Assembly (NCBI GenBank): GCA_049965455.1
Contig: JBMFWH010000003.1
Location: 1 to 60,220, forward strand
DNA: 60,220 nt
Direction of reading: 5' to 3'
DNA from: Thermoplasmata archaeon
GTDB taxonomy: Archaea > Thermoplasmatota > Thermoplasmata > Thermoplasmatales > ARK-15
Part shown: positions 28,245 to 37,983 of the stretch, in pieces
Layout: the number at the start of each line of letters is the position of its first letter
How positions within the stretch are numbered: the first letter of the stretch is position 1
Notes under the pieces: generated by a model
Told to the model about the DNA's origin: nothing
Seen by the model: only the letters and a program-made list of their open reading frames with translations
Databases searched by the model: none
Made by a program: the position numbers and the translations under genes

Positions 28245-30048
28245 AGTCACTGATAAAATTCCGAGAAAAAGAGGAGTAAGCATAATCGTAGCTATATTGT
28301 TTATTGCCACTATTTATGTTTATATTGCATATATTTCCGGCAAATTGTTATCATTGCAGAGCTTTTATAGCATCTATATGGCGCAGTGGCTTCCAAACAC
28401 GGTAATTATGTTATTGCTTGCGCCACTGTATTATATATTATATCTGATTTTATCCTATAATGGAGATAAGAAAAGTAAGTTATACGGTCTAAAACCTTTG
28501 GCTGAGAGATTACCGAGCGTGATTAAGCCAGACAGGCATGTCCTGTTCAGAGAAAAGTTGATGTGGACAGGTACGGTGTTAATACTTTATTTTGCACTTA
28601 CTAACATATTTATCTATGGGCTGAATACATCGGAGATCATAGACGTATTTGCCTCTTTCAGGGCCATATTGGCTGGCGCGTCTGGTACTTTAATGCAGCT
28701 TGGAATAGGGCCGATCGTTACGGCATCGATCATAATGCAGCTATTTGTCGGTGCTAAGATAATTAACTTTGATTTGACAAACGAAGAAGACAAAAGTATG
28801 TACCAGCAAACACAAAAATTGCTGGTAATAATAATGATCCTGGTAGAGGCGATACCTCAGGTATTCGGGTACCTGAATCCTTCCACATCATTTATCACTA
28901 TGTTAAATGGTATATGGGCTGGACAAGGACTGTTTTTAGCCAGGACTTTAATAGTAGCACAGATATTTTTTGGTTCATATCTAGTGTTTTTAATGGATGA
29001 GCTTGTATCAAAGTGGGGCATAGGATCCGGTATATCGTTATTTATCGCTGCAGGAGTTGCTCAGGCTACTTTTACAGGGATCATAAACTGGATACCCTCG
29101 AATGTTGCGCTTCCTATGTCTCTTTCAAATCCTCCCAGCGGAGTAATACCAAAAACGGCGTACTTGCTGATCAATTTCTCTTCAAGTCAACTTTATGCAG
29201 GGAGGATAGAAACGATATTATTTGCACCGCCAAACCCGATCGTTGCATTGATAGGCACGGTATTGATATTTTTAGTGGTGGCTTGGACAGAGAGCACTAA
29301 AATAGAGCTGCCACTTGCACATGAACGTGCAAGGGGCGCAAGAGGCAGATATCCTATCAAGCTTATGTACGCGTCAAACATACCTGTAATCTTAACTACA
29401 GCATTACTTGCGAATGTGGCAATGTGGACAATGATATTCTGGACCAATCCCGCACTTGCGCACATACCATTGTTGGGGCACAATCCCTTGCTGGGAGTGT
29501 ATCCGAATGCTGCCCAGGTACAGATGTACGGCATAAACCAGACCACACCTATAGGAGGCCTTGCCTATTATCTGAATCAGATCAATGGGATAGGGCAATG
29601 GCTATTGCCATTAATGGAGCCAACAACTTACCAGGCAGAGTTCCTAGGGCATACGTACTGGCAGGCATTGCTCAGGGTATTTGTGTTTACAGCGTTTATG
29701 ATAGGGATGAGCGTACTATTTGCAATATTCTGGATTGATACAACAAACATGAATTCCAAGGCAGTGGCAAAACAGATCCAGAGCAGTGGCATGCAAATAC
29801 CGGGGTTTAGGCGTGAGCCCAAGATAATTGAGAGCGTATTAGATAAGTATATTCCAGCGATCACTATATTCAGCGGTGCTGCTGTAGGTGCACTTGCAGC
29901 CGTGGCGGACCTGATAGGTACTATAGGCAATACAACCGGTACTGGCTTGTTGCTGGCAGTAGGTATAATGATACAGTTTTATGAAGCAATGGGAAGAGAA
30001 CAGCTTATGGAAATGCATCCTGTTGTTAGACAATTTTTTGAAGGGTGA
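28237..30048 (+). CDS. secY: Preprotein translocase subunit SecY
   Basis: LGIGPIVTASII, WGIGSGISLFI, YPIKLMYASNIP, GTGLLL. Confidence 0.96.
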   Translation: MVEVTDKIPRKRGVSIIVAILFIATIYVYIAYISGKLLSLQSFYSIYMAQWLPNTVIMLLLAPLYYILYLILSYNGDKKSKLYGLKPLAERLPSVIKPDRHVLFREKLMWTGTVLILYFALTNIFIYGLNTSEIIDVFASFRAILAGASGTLMQLGIGPIVTASIIMQLFVGAKIINFDLTNEEDKSMYQQTQKLLVIIMILVEAIPQVFGYLNPSTSFITMLNGIWAGQGLFLARTLIVAQIFFGSYLVFLMDELVSKWGIGSGISLFIAAGVAQATFTGIINWIPSNVALPMSLSNPPSGVIPKTAYLLINFSSSQLYAGRIETILFAPPNPIVALIGTVLIFLVVAWTESTKIELPLAHERARGARGRYPIKLMYASNIPVILTTALLANVAMWTMIFWTNPALAHIPLLGHNPLLGVYPNAAQVQMYGINQTTPIGGLAYYLNQINGIGQWLLPLMEPTTYQAEFLGHTYWQALLRVFVFTAFMIGMSVLFAIFWIDTTNMNSKAVAKQIQSSGMQIPGFRREPKIIESVLDKYIPAITIFSGAAVGALAAVADLIGTIGNTTGTGLLLAVGIMIQFYEAMGREQLMEMHPVVRQFFEG

Positions 30049-30054
30049 GTAAAA

Positions 30055-30603
30055 ATGAGAATAATAATAACTGGAGTTCCAGGTGTTGGAAAAAGCACGA
30101 TATTAGAAGGAGTAAGCAAAAACATTGGTTACCCAATACAGAACTATGGAACTGTAATGCTCAACATTGCAAAGGGATATGGAGTAACATCTAGAGATGA
30201 CATAAGAAAACAGAAAGTTGAATGGCAGAGAGATATACAGAAAGAAGCAGCAATAGCGATCGGCAAATCTGAAAACGTTATTGTAGACACGCATATGTCT
30301 ATAAAAACCAATGCTGGCTACTTGCCAGGATTGCCTTCATGGGTACTCAAGGAATTGAAGCCTGACCTGTTAGTATTGATCGAGGCAGACTCAAAAGACA
30401 TATCATCAAGAAGGAAAAAAGATGGGACTAGGGTTAGAGATGAAGATGAGGTTTTAAGCATAGAAGAGCATCAGAGCATAAACAGGGCTTTTGCAGCCGC
30501 GTGTTCTGTGCAGACTGGCGCAAACGTCATGATCATTCAAAACAAAGAGGGTAAAGTTGAGGAAACGGTGCTAAAGCTATCAGAGATGATAAGAAATGCC
30601 TGA
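30055..30603 (+). CDS. adkA: Adenylate kinase (archaeal)
   Basis: GVPGVGKST, VDTH, GYLPGLP. Confidence 0.93.
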   Translation: MRIIITGVPGVGKSTILEGVSKNIGYPIQNYGTVMLNIAKGYGVTSRDDIRKQKVEWQRDIQKEAAIAIGKSENVIVDTHMSIKTNAGYLPGLPSWVLKELKPDLLVLIEADSKDISSRRKKDGTRVRDEDEVLSIEEHQSINRAFAAACSVQTGANVMIIQNKEGKVEETVLKLSEMIRNA

Positions 30604-31267
30604 GCAGAACGCTCCGGCCCCGAGGCAGAGCGGCAGCACGATGGGCTTTTACTTCTTATTTATGATGCTATCGTTTATCATTATTTTATCCCCTCAAATA
30701 AGAGATGGCATAGCATATGCAGTAGGCTATGTATTCTATCCTGTATTCGGGTTCAATGGAGCGCTGCCAATGTTAACCATTATCTTTGCAGGCGTGATAA
30801 TAACAGTGATAAACACATATGCAAGGCACTATTTTGCAGACTGGATAAAGTTTGGAAAAATACAGAATAAGATGAAAGAGATGCAGAAAAAGAGCAGGGA
30901 AGCTTACAGAAGTAGGGATATGGCCAAGATAAACCAGTACAGGAAATTGCAGCAGAAAATGATGCCAGAGCAGATGGAAATGATGAATGCGCAGATGAAA
31001 CCTACAATGCTCACAATGTTTATTGTTATTGCAATATTCACATGGCTATATGTATTTTTAGGAGGCCAAAAAACAATATATCCCGTTCACCTAGCAACAC
31101 TAAAATATTTCAATGTGCCATGGGCTTCTAATCTACCTTATAGTGCATATTATTTTGTGATACCTTACTGGATGATCATATCTTCTCTTTTTACAGCAGT
31201 ATTTGCGCAGGTGATGACTTACATCTTCAAGATGTATGAATTTACGAAGAGGTTAAAATTTCTATGA
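30596..31267 (+). CDS. DUF106 / EMC3-Oxa1 family membrane insertase
   Basis: TM-coiled coil-TM, Met-rich, MKPT motif; conserved position after adk. Confidence 0.85.
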   Translation: MPEQNAPAPRQSGSTMGFYFLFMMLSFIIILSPQIRDGIAYAVGYVFYPVFGFNGALPMLTIIFAGVIITVINTYARHYFADWIKFGKIQNKMKEMQKKSREAYRSRDMAKINQYRKLQQKMMPEQMEMMNAQMKPTMLTMFIVIAIFTWLYVFLGGQKTIYPVHLATLKYFNVPWASNLPYSAYYFVIPYWMIISSLFTAVFAQVMTYIFKMYEFTKRLKFL

Positions 31268-31800
31268 AGTTAACAGTCAGCGGTCCGCCTGGCAGTGGCA
31301 AAACTACGGTTTCTAAATTAGTTGCAAAAAAACTATCTTATCTTTATATTTCTGGCGGGGACGTGTTTAGAAAACTTGCAAATGACCACAACATGAGCAT
31401 AGAGCAGTTTAGCAAATATTCTGAGAATAACCAGGAAATAGATAGAAAAATAGATAGCTATCTGAAAAAAGAGCTTGAAAACAATGATAATATAATATTA
31501 GATTCCAGATTGGCTGGCTGGCTCGCATATTTAAATAATATCAAAGCGATAAAGATCTATGTCACAGCTTCATTCGAGACCCGGGTTAAAAGAATATCCG
31601 GCAGAGAAACGAGCCCGGAAGAAGAGATAAGCAAGAACCTGGCGGTAAGAGAAGAGTCAGAGAAGTATAGGTATCTATTAATATACAATATACATTATGA
31701 AGATTTAAAGATATATGATCTGATAATAGATAGCGATGATAAAGACCCGGAAACAGTCGCAAATATAATAATGGAGTATGTAAATGCCAATGGTTACTGA
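31264..31800 (+). CDS. cmk: Cytidylate kinase
   Basis: SGPPGSGKTT, DSRLAGW. Confidence 0.93.
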   Translation: MKLTVSGPPGSGKTTVSKLVAKKLSYLYISGGDVFRKLANDHNMSIEQFSKYSENNQEIDRKIDSYLKKELENNDNIILDSRLAGWLAYLNNIKAIKIYVTASFETRVKRISGRETSPEEEISKNLAVREESEKYRYLLIYNIHYEDLKIYDLIIDSDDKDPETVANIIMEYVNANGY

Positions 31801-32725
31801 ACAAAAAAGCATTGAAGAGCTCTTGAACTTTGGCGTCGTTTTTATAGATAAGCCTAAAGGCCCTACAAGTCATCAGGTAAGCGCCTGGGTAAAAAACATA
31901 CTGCAGGTATCTAAGGCCGGGCATGCAGGCACTCTGGATCCAAATGTGACAGGTATATTGCCGGTTTCGTTAAACAAAGCTACAAGGATCGTGAATTTTA
32001 TACATCTGGACTCTAAAGAATACATAGCACTTATGCGACTGCATAAGGATGTAGAACCCCAAAAGATCAAGGAAGTAATGAACGAATTTCAAGGAGCAAT
32101 ATTTCAAACACCTCCAGTTAGGGCAGCCGTGGCTAGAAGGCTAAGGAAACGAACGATATACAAAATGGATATTTTAGAGATTTCAAAGAGAGATGTACTA
32201 TTTAAGGTCAGCACTGAAGCAGGGACATATATCAGAACTCTCTGCGTGGACATTGGAGATGCTTTAGGGGTTGGGGCGCATATGGAAGAGTTAAGAAGGA
32301 CCAGAACAGGGATATTTGATGAATCAATCTCTTGTACTTTACAGAACCTGTTAGATGGCCATTACTATTATCTGCAGGGTGATGACAGCTATCTGCGAAA
32401 GTTGATACATCCGGGAGAGGAATTGGCGAGCAGTCTCCCGAAAATTATTGTGCGCGATCTTGCAGTTGATGCGCTGGCACATGGATCCCCTCTATATTTT
32501 AAAGGAGTGGGTTCCATAGAATCTAAATTTAATAAAGGGGATTATGTATCATTATATACTAAAAAAGAGGAATTGATAGGTGTAGGAATATCTGCAATAA
32601 ACAGTGAAGAGTATCCAAATATGAGCAGCGGTATAATTGCCAAAATGAAAGAGGTCATTATAGAGCGTGGCACATATCCAGCATTCTGGAAAAAAAAGTA
32701 CATAGAAAAAGAGAAAAAGTTATGA
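31784..32725 (+). CDS. cbf5: H/ACA pseudouridine synthase Cbf5
   Basis: IDKP.GPTSHQV, GHAGTLDP, GTYIR, PUA domain. Confidence 0.95.
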   Translation: MPMVTEQKSIEELLNFGVVFIDKPKGPTSHQVSAWVKNILQVSKAGHAGTLDPNVTGILPVSLNKATRIVNFIHLDSKEYIALMRLHKDVEPQKIKEVMNEFQGAIFQTPPVRAAVARRLRKRTIYKMDILEISKRDVLFKVSTEAGTYIRTLCVDIGDALGVGAHMEELRRTRTGIFDESISCTLQNLLDGHYYYLQGDDSYLRKLIHPGEELASSLPKIIVRDLAVDALAHGSPLYFKGVGSIESKFNKGDYVSLYTKKEELIGVGISAINSEEYPNMSSGIIAKMKEVIIERGTYPAFWKKKYIEKEKKL

Positions 32726-32746
32726 GCTTAAAGCAGATGTATCATT

Positions 32747-33622
32747 ATGGCATATGTTAGATGGCATGGGATTTATGCAATAAAAGATGGGATTGTAGTG
32801 GACAAAATTGAATTTGAAAAAGAGAAATTGCCAGAATACTTTCAAAAACTCAGAAATGGCGAGTTCGATGAGTTCATAAAAAAATATGCTGATCATGACG
32901 AGATGCTGGATATTGAAGAGGATATGGAACTCTTACAGCGGTCTTTATTAGAATTTGGAAAGCTGAGAATTAAGGAAGAAACACTAAAAGAAGAAGGAAT
33001 TTTGCAGGCAATATCAACATTGCAGGACCTAGACATATACACGAATTTTTTATTTGAGCATCTGTCAGAATGGTATGGTGTATACACTCTAAAAACGGAT
33101 CGATCTGCCGATGAGACTATATCAAATATTATGGAAAATGTAGATACCTTAATAGCGAGGACCGATTACGATAAAAAAGCGCTATTATCTTTTTCAGAAT
33201 TTGCAAAAAACGCGATGGTGCTGAAATCACAATTAGAAAATTACGTGGAAGCTACCATGGATCAGGTTGCACCGAATTTGAAGATTGTTGCAGGGCCGCT
33301 GATAGGTGCACTGCTCATTTATCACGCTGGCAATCTTCAAAAGCTGGCAAACATGCCAGCCAGCAAGTTGCAGGTTTTAGGCGCACAAACAGCCATGTTC
33401 AGACATTTAAAAAAAGGGGCAAAGCCGCCAAAGTACGGTATTTTATTCAAGCATCCGGCAGTGCACAATGCCCCGGCATCAAAACGCGGCAAGATAGCAA
33501 GGATGCTGAGCGGTAAGATATTGATTGCCGCAAAGATGGATTATTATGGAAATACCAATATTGGATTAGCTCTAAAAGACAAAATTAACATGCATGTAGA
33601 CCGGATTTTAAAAACGGGTTAG
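32747..33622 (+). CDS. nop5: C/D box RNP protein Nop5 (Nop56/58)
   Basis: APNL, PAS..QVLGA, PPKYG, RGKIAR. Confidence 0.9.
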   Translation: MAYVRWHGIYAIKDGIVVDKIEFEKEKLPEYFQKLRNGEFDEFIKKYADHDEMLDIEEDMELLQRSLLEFGKLRIKEETLKEEGILQAISTLQDLDIYTNFLFEHLSEWYGVYTLKTDRSADETISNIMENVDTLIARTDYDKKALLSFSEFAKNAMVLKSQLENYVEATMDQVAPNLKIVAGPLIGALLIYHAGNLQKLANMPASKLQVLGAQTAMFRHLKKGAKPPKYGILFKHPAVHNAPASKRGKIARMLSGKILIAAKMDYYGNTNIGLALKDKINMHVDRILKTG

Positions 33623-35070
33623 AGCTTATAAAAATTGCTGAGAATTAACTGGTCCCTGTATTTCTCTCCTTTTATAGGCACAGGATATGTTCCGGTCAAG
33701 CAGCCTAGGCACAGATCCTTTTTACTTATCCCGATAGCTTTAACGAGCCCAGCTATGCTTAAATAGCCTAAAGAATCGGCATTGATGCTTTCTTTTATTT
33801 CTTCTACAGTCTTTCCAGCTGCGATAAACTGGCTCCTAGTTTTCATGTCTATTCCCAGGTAACATGGTGCAACAATGGGTGGTGATGCGATCCTAACATG
33901 AACCTTATCTGCACCTGCATTTTTTAGCAATTTAACAATCTTCTTTGTTGTATTTCCACGAACAATGCTGTCATCAATAAGCACTATTTTCTTGCCTTTA
34001 ACCACTTCTTTTATCGGATTTAATTTCAGCTGGATTTCCTGAACCCTTTCTTTTTCTGAAGGCATAATGAATGTGCGATCTATATATCTGTTTTTCATCA
34101 ACCCTTCGGCAAAGGGAATCTTTGATTCTTCCGCGTATCCAAGTGCATGAGTCCTCCCAGAATCTGGCACAGGAACCACGATATCCGCATCTACAGGTTG
34201 CTCACGGGCCAGAAACTTGCCAAGGTTTTTTCGGACCGAATATATGTTTTTGCTGTTCATCAGGCTATCCGCTCTTGCAAAGTACACGTACTCAAACATA
34301 CAGAAAGCAGTCTGAACATTCTCTATCCTGTAATGCGTTATAGCCGAATCCTGATCAATTTCTAAAATTTCTCCCGGGTAGATGTCCCTTATCGTTTGCC
34401 CTCCCAAAGCATCAAATACAACAGATTCTGACGCAATCCCATATTCACTATCTAGTTTTCCAAGCACTAGCGGTCTAATCCCTAATGGATCCCTTATGGC
34501 AAATATCCTATCGTTTATCTGAAATGCCAGGGAATAAGAGCCCTTAAGATATCTCATGCTTCTCTTGATCCCTTCTATAATATTTCCATGCCTCGTGGCT
34601 TCCAATGCTATCAATTTTAAGATCAACTCAGTATCGGATTCTGTAAAAAAAGAGTTTCCTGCTTTTTCTAGGTATTCTCTAACCTCTGCCGCATTAGAAA
34701 TCTCGCCATTATGAGCAATAGCCATATCTCCCATGGCAGTATGGATCATTATAGGTTGCGCATTTGATATTACCGAAGATCCGGCAGTTGAGTACCTGAC
34801 ATGTCCAATTCCGCTGTTTCCAGACAATGAATCTAATATATTCTTCGTAAAAACTTCATGTACTAGTCCCATACCCTTATATGTAGAAACCTTGTTATTA
34901 TCATTAAATAAACTTATTCCTGCTGATTCTTGGCCTCTATGCTGCAAACTTCTTAATCCAAAATATAGCGATGATACTACACTTCTGTGGCTCTTAAATC
35001 CCACAACACCACAATATTCAGTGCTTTTTCGCCCAATTATAACTTCTGAGTCTTGGTGCGGGATAGCCAC
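33619..35070 (-). CDS. purF: Amidophosphoribosyltransferase
   Basis: CGVVG Ntn Cys, QHRGQESAG, HNGE, VPDSG, IDDSIVRG; GTG 35070 inferred from GAGGTG SD. Confidence 0.94.
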   Translation of the reverse strand: MAIPHQDSEVIIGRKSTEYCGVVGFKSHRSVVSSLYFGLRSLQHRGQESAGISLFNDNNKVSTYKGMGLVHEVFTKNILDSLSGNSGIGHVRYSTAGSSVISNAQPIMIHTAMGDMAIAHNGEISNAAEVREYLEKAGNSFFTESDTELILKLIALEATRHGNIIEGIKRSMRYLKGSYSLAFQINDRIFAIRDPLGIRPLVLGKLDSEYGIASESVVFDALGGQTIRDIYPGEILEIDQDSAITHYRIENVQTAFCMFEYVYFARADSLMNSKNIYSVRKNLGKFLAREQPVDADIVVPVPDSGRTHALGYAEESKIPFAEGLMKNRYIDRTFIMPSEKERVQEIQLKLNPIKEVVKGKKIVLIDDSIVRGNTTKKIVKLLKNAGADKVHVRIASPPIVAPCYLGIDMKTRSQFIAAGKTVEEIKESINADSLGYLSIAGLVKAIGISKKDLCLGCLTGTYPVPIKGEKYRDQLILSNFYKL

Positions 35071-35182
35071 AGTGTGAGCACCTCTTTTCGTGGATATTGT
35101 ACGCATGATATCCACATCTTCTACATCTAATGTGTGTCTTTCGGCTCCCGTGTTTACCTAATGCAGGAGTACCTGCTCCCAT
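35018..35182 (-). CDS. rpl37e: 50S ribosomal protein L37e; absent from ORF track
   Basis: Manual translation, 54 aa: MGAGTPALGKHGSRKTHIRCRRCGYHAYNIHEKRCSHCGYPAPRLRSYNWAKKH. Confidence 0.96.
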   Translation of the reverse strand: MGAGTPALGKHGSRKTHIRCRRCGYHAYNIHEKRCSHCGYPAPRLRSYNWAKKH

Positions 35183-35205
35183 AATTATTACACCTCTTAA
35201 TTTAA

Positions 35206-35433
35206 TTATGATGGAGATATATATATAACGTTATCTCCTCTTACTATTACTGTATTTAATAATCCTTTTGACTGGTTCTCAATAACTTCCTCTGCGTTTT
35301 TTAGTACTAAATTCATATGTTGATCGTATCCATTTAACTGCCCTCTATATTCTTTACCGCCTTTGACAGAGATCAAAACATTTTTATTCAACGCACTTTG
35401 TAGTATCTGTAATGGCTTTGCTGTATTATCCAT
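35206..35433 (-). CDS. Sm-like (Lsm) RNA-binding protein
   Basis: YRGQLNGYDQHMNLVL, VIVRGDNV; precedes rpl37e. Confidence 0.93.
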   Translation of the reverse strand: MDNTAKPLQILQSALNKNVLISVKGGKEYRGQLNGYDQHMNLVLKNAEEVIENQSKGLLNTVIVRGDNVIYISPS

Positions 35434-35637
35434 ATTGGGCATAAACCTAACCATATATTTAAACTTAACTTTAACCTGCATAAGGTAATCAGCGAAGGCA
35501 TAAAAAAATGCAAATTATGATGTAAAATTCTGAAAAATAATACGCACAATACATACAAAACAGACCAAAACCAAAAAATATAAGTAGTATCAAACAATAC
35601 ATTATGTACCAAAAAACAATCTTACGGAGGTACTAAT

Positions 35638-35919
35638 ATGGCAGAAATACAAAAAAGCAACGAAAATGTGGTATTTATTGGAAAGAAGCCAACTATGAAC
35701 TATGTTCTTGCAGTGATCACACAGTTTAAGACTGGTGCTAAACTGGTGGTTGTAAAAGCAAGAGGCCGTTCAATTGCTAAAGCTGTGGACATAGCAGAGA
35801 TAGTTAAACATAGATTTTTACCAGATGTAAAATCAGAGGTAAAAATAGACACTGAAAAAGTTAAGAATGAAGATAGAGAGAGCAATGTATCTTCCATAGA
35901 AATAACCATGAGAATGTAA
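35638..35919 (+). CDS. albA: DNA/RNA-binding protein Alba
   Basis: [24 protein letters not shown]. Confidence 0.96.
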   Translation: MAEIQKSNENVVFIGKKPTMNYVLAVITQFKTGAKLVVVKARGRSIAKAVDIAEIVKHRFLPDVKSEVKIDTEKVKNEDRESNVSSIEITMRM

Positions 35920-36052
35920 ATCATCTCTATCTCTTTTACTATTTTTAGACATATAATATTAATTTTTGAATTTTATTGCGTGCAGCTTATATATGTTAAA
36001 GGCTATATATCCACGTTAGTAATCACAAAATTTTAAATCCATAAACTTATTT

Positions 36053-36841
36053 ATGTTTCCTGTGTCTATTAACAATCTAGATATGAAAAAATGGAAACAG
36101 TACGATGATATTATCACGGATTCTCTCTGGTTATTTCCTTCCAGAGACAATAATGGGGTCCATGATCCAGGTTTTCATGGCAATTTCATACCACAGATTC
36201 CAAGACAAGCGATCATGAGATTCACAAAGAGAGGAGAGTGGGTCCTAGATCCTTTTATGGGTGCGGGTACCACATTAATAGAGGCAAAGTATCAGGGTAG
36301 AAATGCAATAGGCATAGATATTAATAATGAAATCTTAGAGGTCGCGAAGGAAAAATTAAAAAAAATAGAATCTGATACAGTTTCAGAAGTTTTTAATGCT
36401 GACTCTACCGATCCTAGTACATATAAGGAATTGAAAAAAATTAATGGCAAGTTCCAGTTACTGATGATCCATCCACCATATTGGGATATTATACATTTTA
36501 CAACAAAAGTAATGGATCTGTCAAATTCTGCAACGCTGACTGAATTTTTAGATAAGATAGACATGGTGATAAAAAACACGTATGATCTTCTGGATCCCGA
36601 AAGATACATGGTATTTGTCATAGGTGACAAATATGAAAATGGGGCATTAGTTCCATTAAGCTACTACACGTTGCAGGTAATATTAAAGTATAATTATATC
36701 CTGAAAGGAATAGTTGTAAAGAATATTGAAGAAAACAAAGCAAAGCGTGGGAAGTATTCTTTATGGAGATACAGGGCCCTTAAAAGTGGCTATTTCGTGT
36801 TCAAGCATGAATATATATATTTTCTTAAAAAAGGAGATTGA
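36053..36841 (+). CDS. N4/N6 amino-methyltransferase (DNA methylase N-4/N-6 family), orphan
   Basis: HGNFIPQIP, VLDPFMGAGTT (motif I), HPPY (motif IV). Confidence 0.8.
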   Translation: MFPVSINNLDMKKWKQYDDIITDSLWLFPSRDNNGVHDPGFHGNFIPQIPRQAIMRFTKRGEWVLDPFMGAGTTLIEAKYQGRNAIGIDINNEILEVAKEKLKKIESDTVSEVFNADSTDPSTYKELKKINGKFQLLMIHPPYWDIIHFTTKVMDLSNSATLTEFLDKIDMVIKNTYDLLDPERYMVFVIGDKYENGALVPLSYYTLQVILKYNYILKGIVVKNIEENKAKRGKYSLWRYRALKSGYFVFKHEYIYFLKKGD

Positions 36842-36843
36842 GT

Positions 36844-37983
36844 ATGCAAAAAAGAGGAAAATCTGAAAGTGAGATAAAGAAGGAAATATTGAAATATTAT
36901 AGTGAGAATTATAAATATAGGGATGGCTCCATTCTGAGCTCTATGAGCAGCGAACCTGATAGCATAGCTGTCTGGGCAAATAGTAAGTTTATAGAATCAA
37001 ATCTTGGGAACCCTTACTTATTTCCAGGAACGAAGAATATTGAGGAAAAAGTGATTAGAAGTATCGGAGAGTTGTTGCATAACAAAAATGCATACGGAAG
37101 AGTGCTTAGCGGCGGAACGGAATCAAATATTACTGCTTTATGGGCTGCTAAAAAGCTGAAAAAAGGGAAAAAGACGGTAATGGTATCTAAGGCTGCGCAT
37201 TTTTCAGTGGCTAAGGCTGCTGATTTGCTGAACCTGAACCTGGAACTGGTGCCTCTTACTGATAATTACGTTATTGACTATTCAATTGTCAAAGAGGTCG
37301 ATCCTGATGATTTAATGGCGATTATAGGCATTGCAGGAACCACTGAGTACGGCACTGTGGACCCCATTGATAAGCTGGCTGATTTTGCAAGAAAAAATGA
37401 CATTTTTTTGCATGTTGATGCCGCATTTGGCGGATTTGTAATACCATTCTTGAAGATGCTGGGATACAACCTACCCGACTTTGATTTTGGAATTGAGGGC
37501 GTGAAATCAATATCTATAGACCCGCATAAGATGGGGCTAAGCACCATAGGTGCTGGAGCGTTGCTGTTCAAAGATAACTATTTTAACCTGATTAGTTTTT
37601 CCTCTGAGTATCTGACCACCAAGATAAGCACTACATTACTTGGTACCAGAAGTAGCAGCAATGTTGCTGCGGCATACGCGGTAATGAGAAAAATGGGCAT
37701 GGATGGGTATAAAAGAATGGTCAGGAAATGTTATGAAAACACATTATACATGTACGATTTACTTCAGGAAAAAAACATTGATGTTTTGTTAAAACCCGTT
37801 ATGAACATAATAAACATAAAAACAGAGTCATCTGAAAAGACAGCTAACCGCCTAAAACCAAAATGGATGGTAGGGTACAACAAACATGATAATCTATTAA
37901 GAATTGTAGTTATGCCACATATCAACAAGCCCGTTATAAATGAATTTGTAAGAGACCTGGAAAGGGAAATGGGAAATAAATGA
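36844..37983 (+). CDS. mfnA: Tyrosine/aspartate decarboxylase (PLP group II)
   Basis: SGGTESN, HVDAAFGG, IDPHKMG. Confidence 0.88.
   Translation: MQKRGKSESEIKKEILKYYSENYKYRDGSILSSMSSEPDSIAVWANSKFIESNLGNPYLFPGTKNIEEKVIRSIGELLHNKNAYGRVLSGGTESNITALWAAKKLKKGKKTVMVSKAAHFSVAKAADLLNLNLELVPLTDNYVIDYSIVKEVDPDDLMAIIGIAGTTEYGTVDPIDKLADFARKNDIFLHVDAAFGGFVIPFLKMLGYNLPDFDFGIEGVKSISIDPHKMGLSTIGAGALLFKDNYFNLISFSSEYLTTKISTTLLGTRSSSNVAAAYAVMRKMGMDGYKRMVRKCYENTLYMYDLLQEKNIDVLLKPVMNIINIKTESSEKTANRLKPKWMVGYNKHDNLLRIVVMPHINKPVINEFVRDLEREMGNK

Noticed and set aside
31264..31800. Absence of rpl34e and rpl14e flanking cmk
   Set aside because: Expected lineage-specific loss in Thermoplasmata; used only as a taxonomic clue
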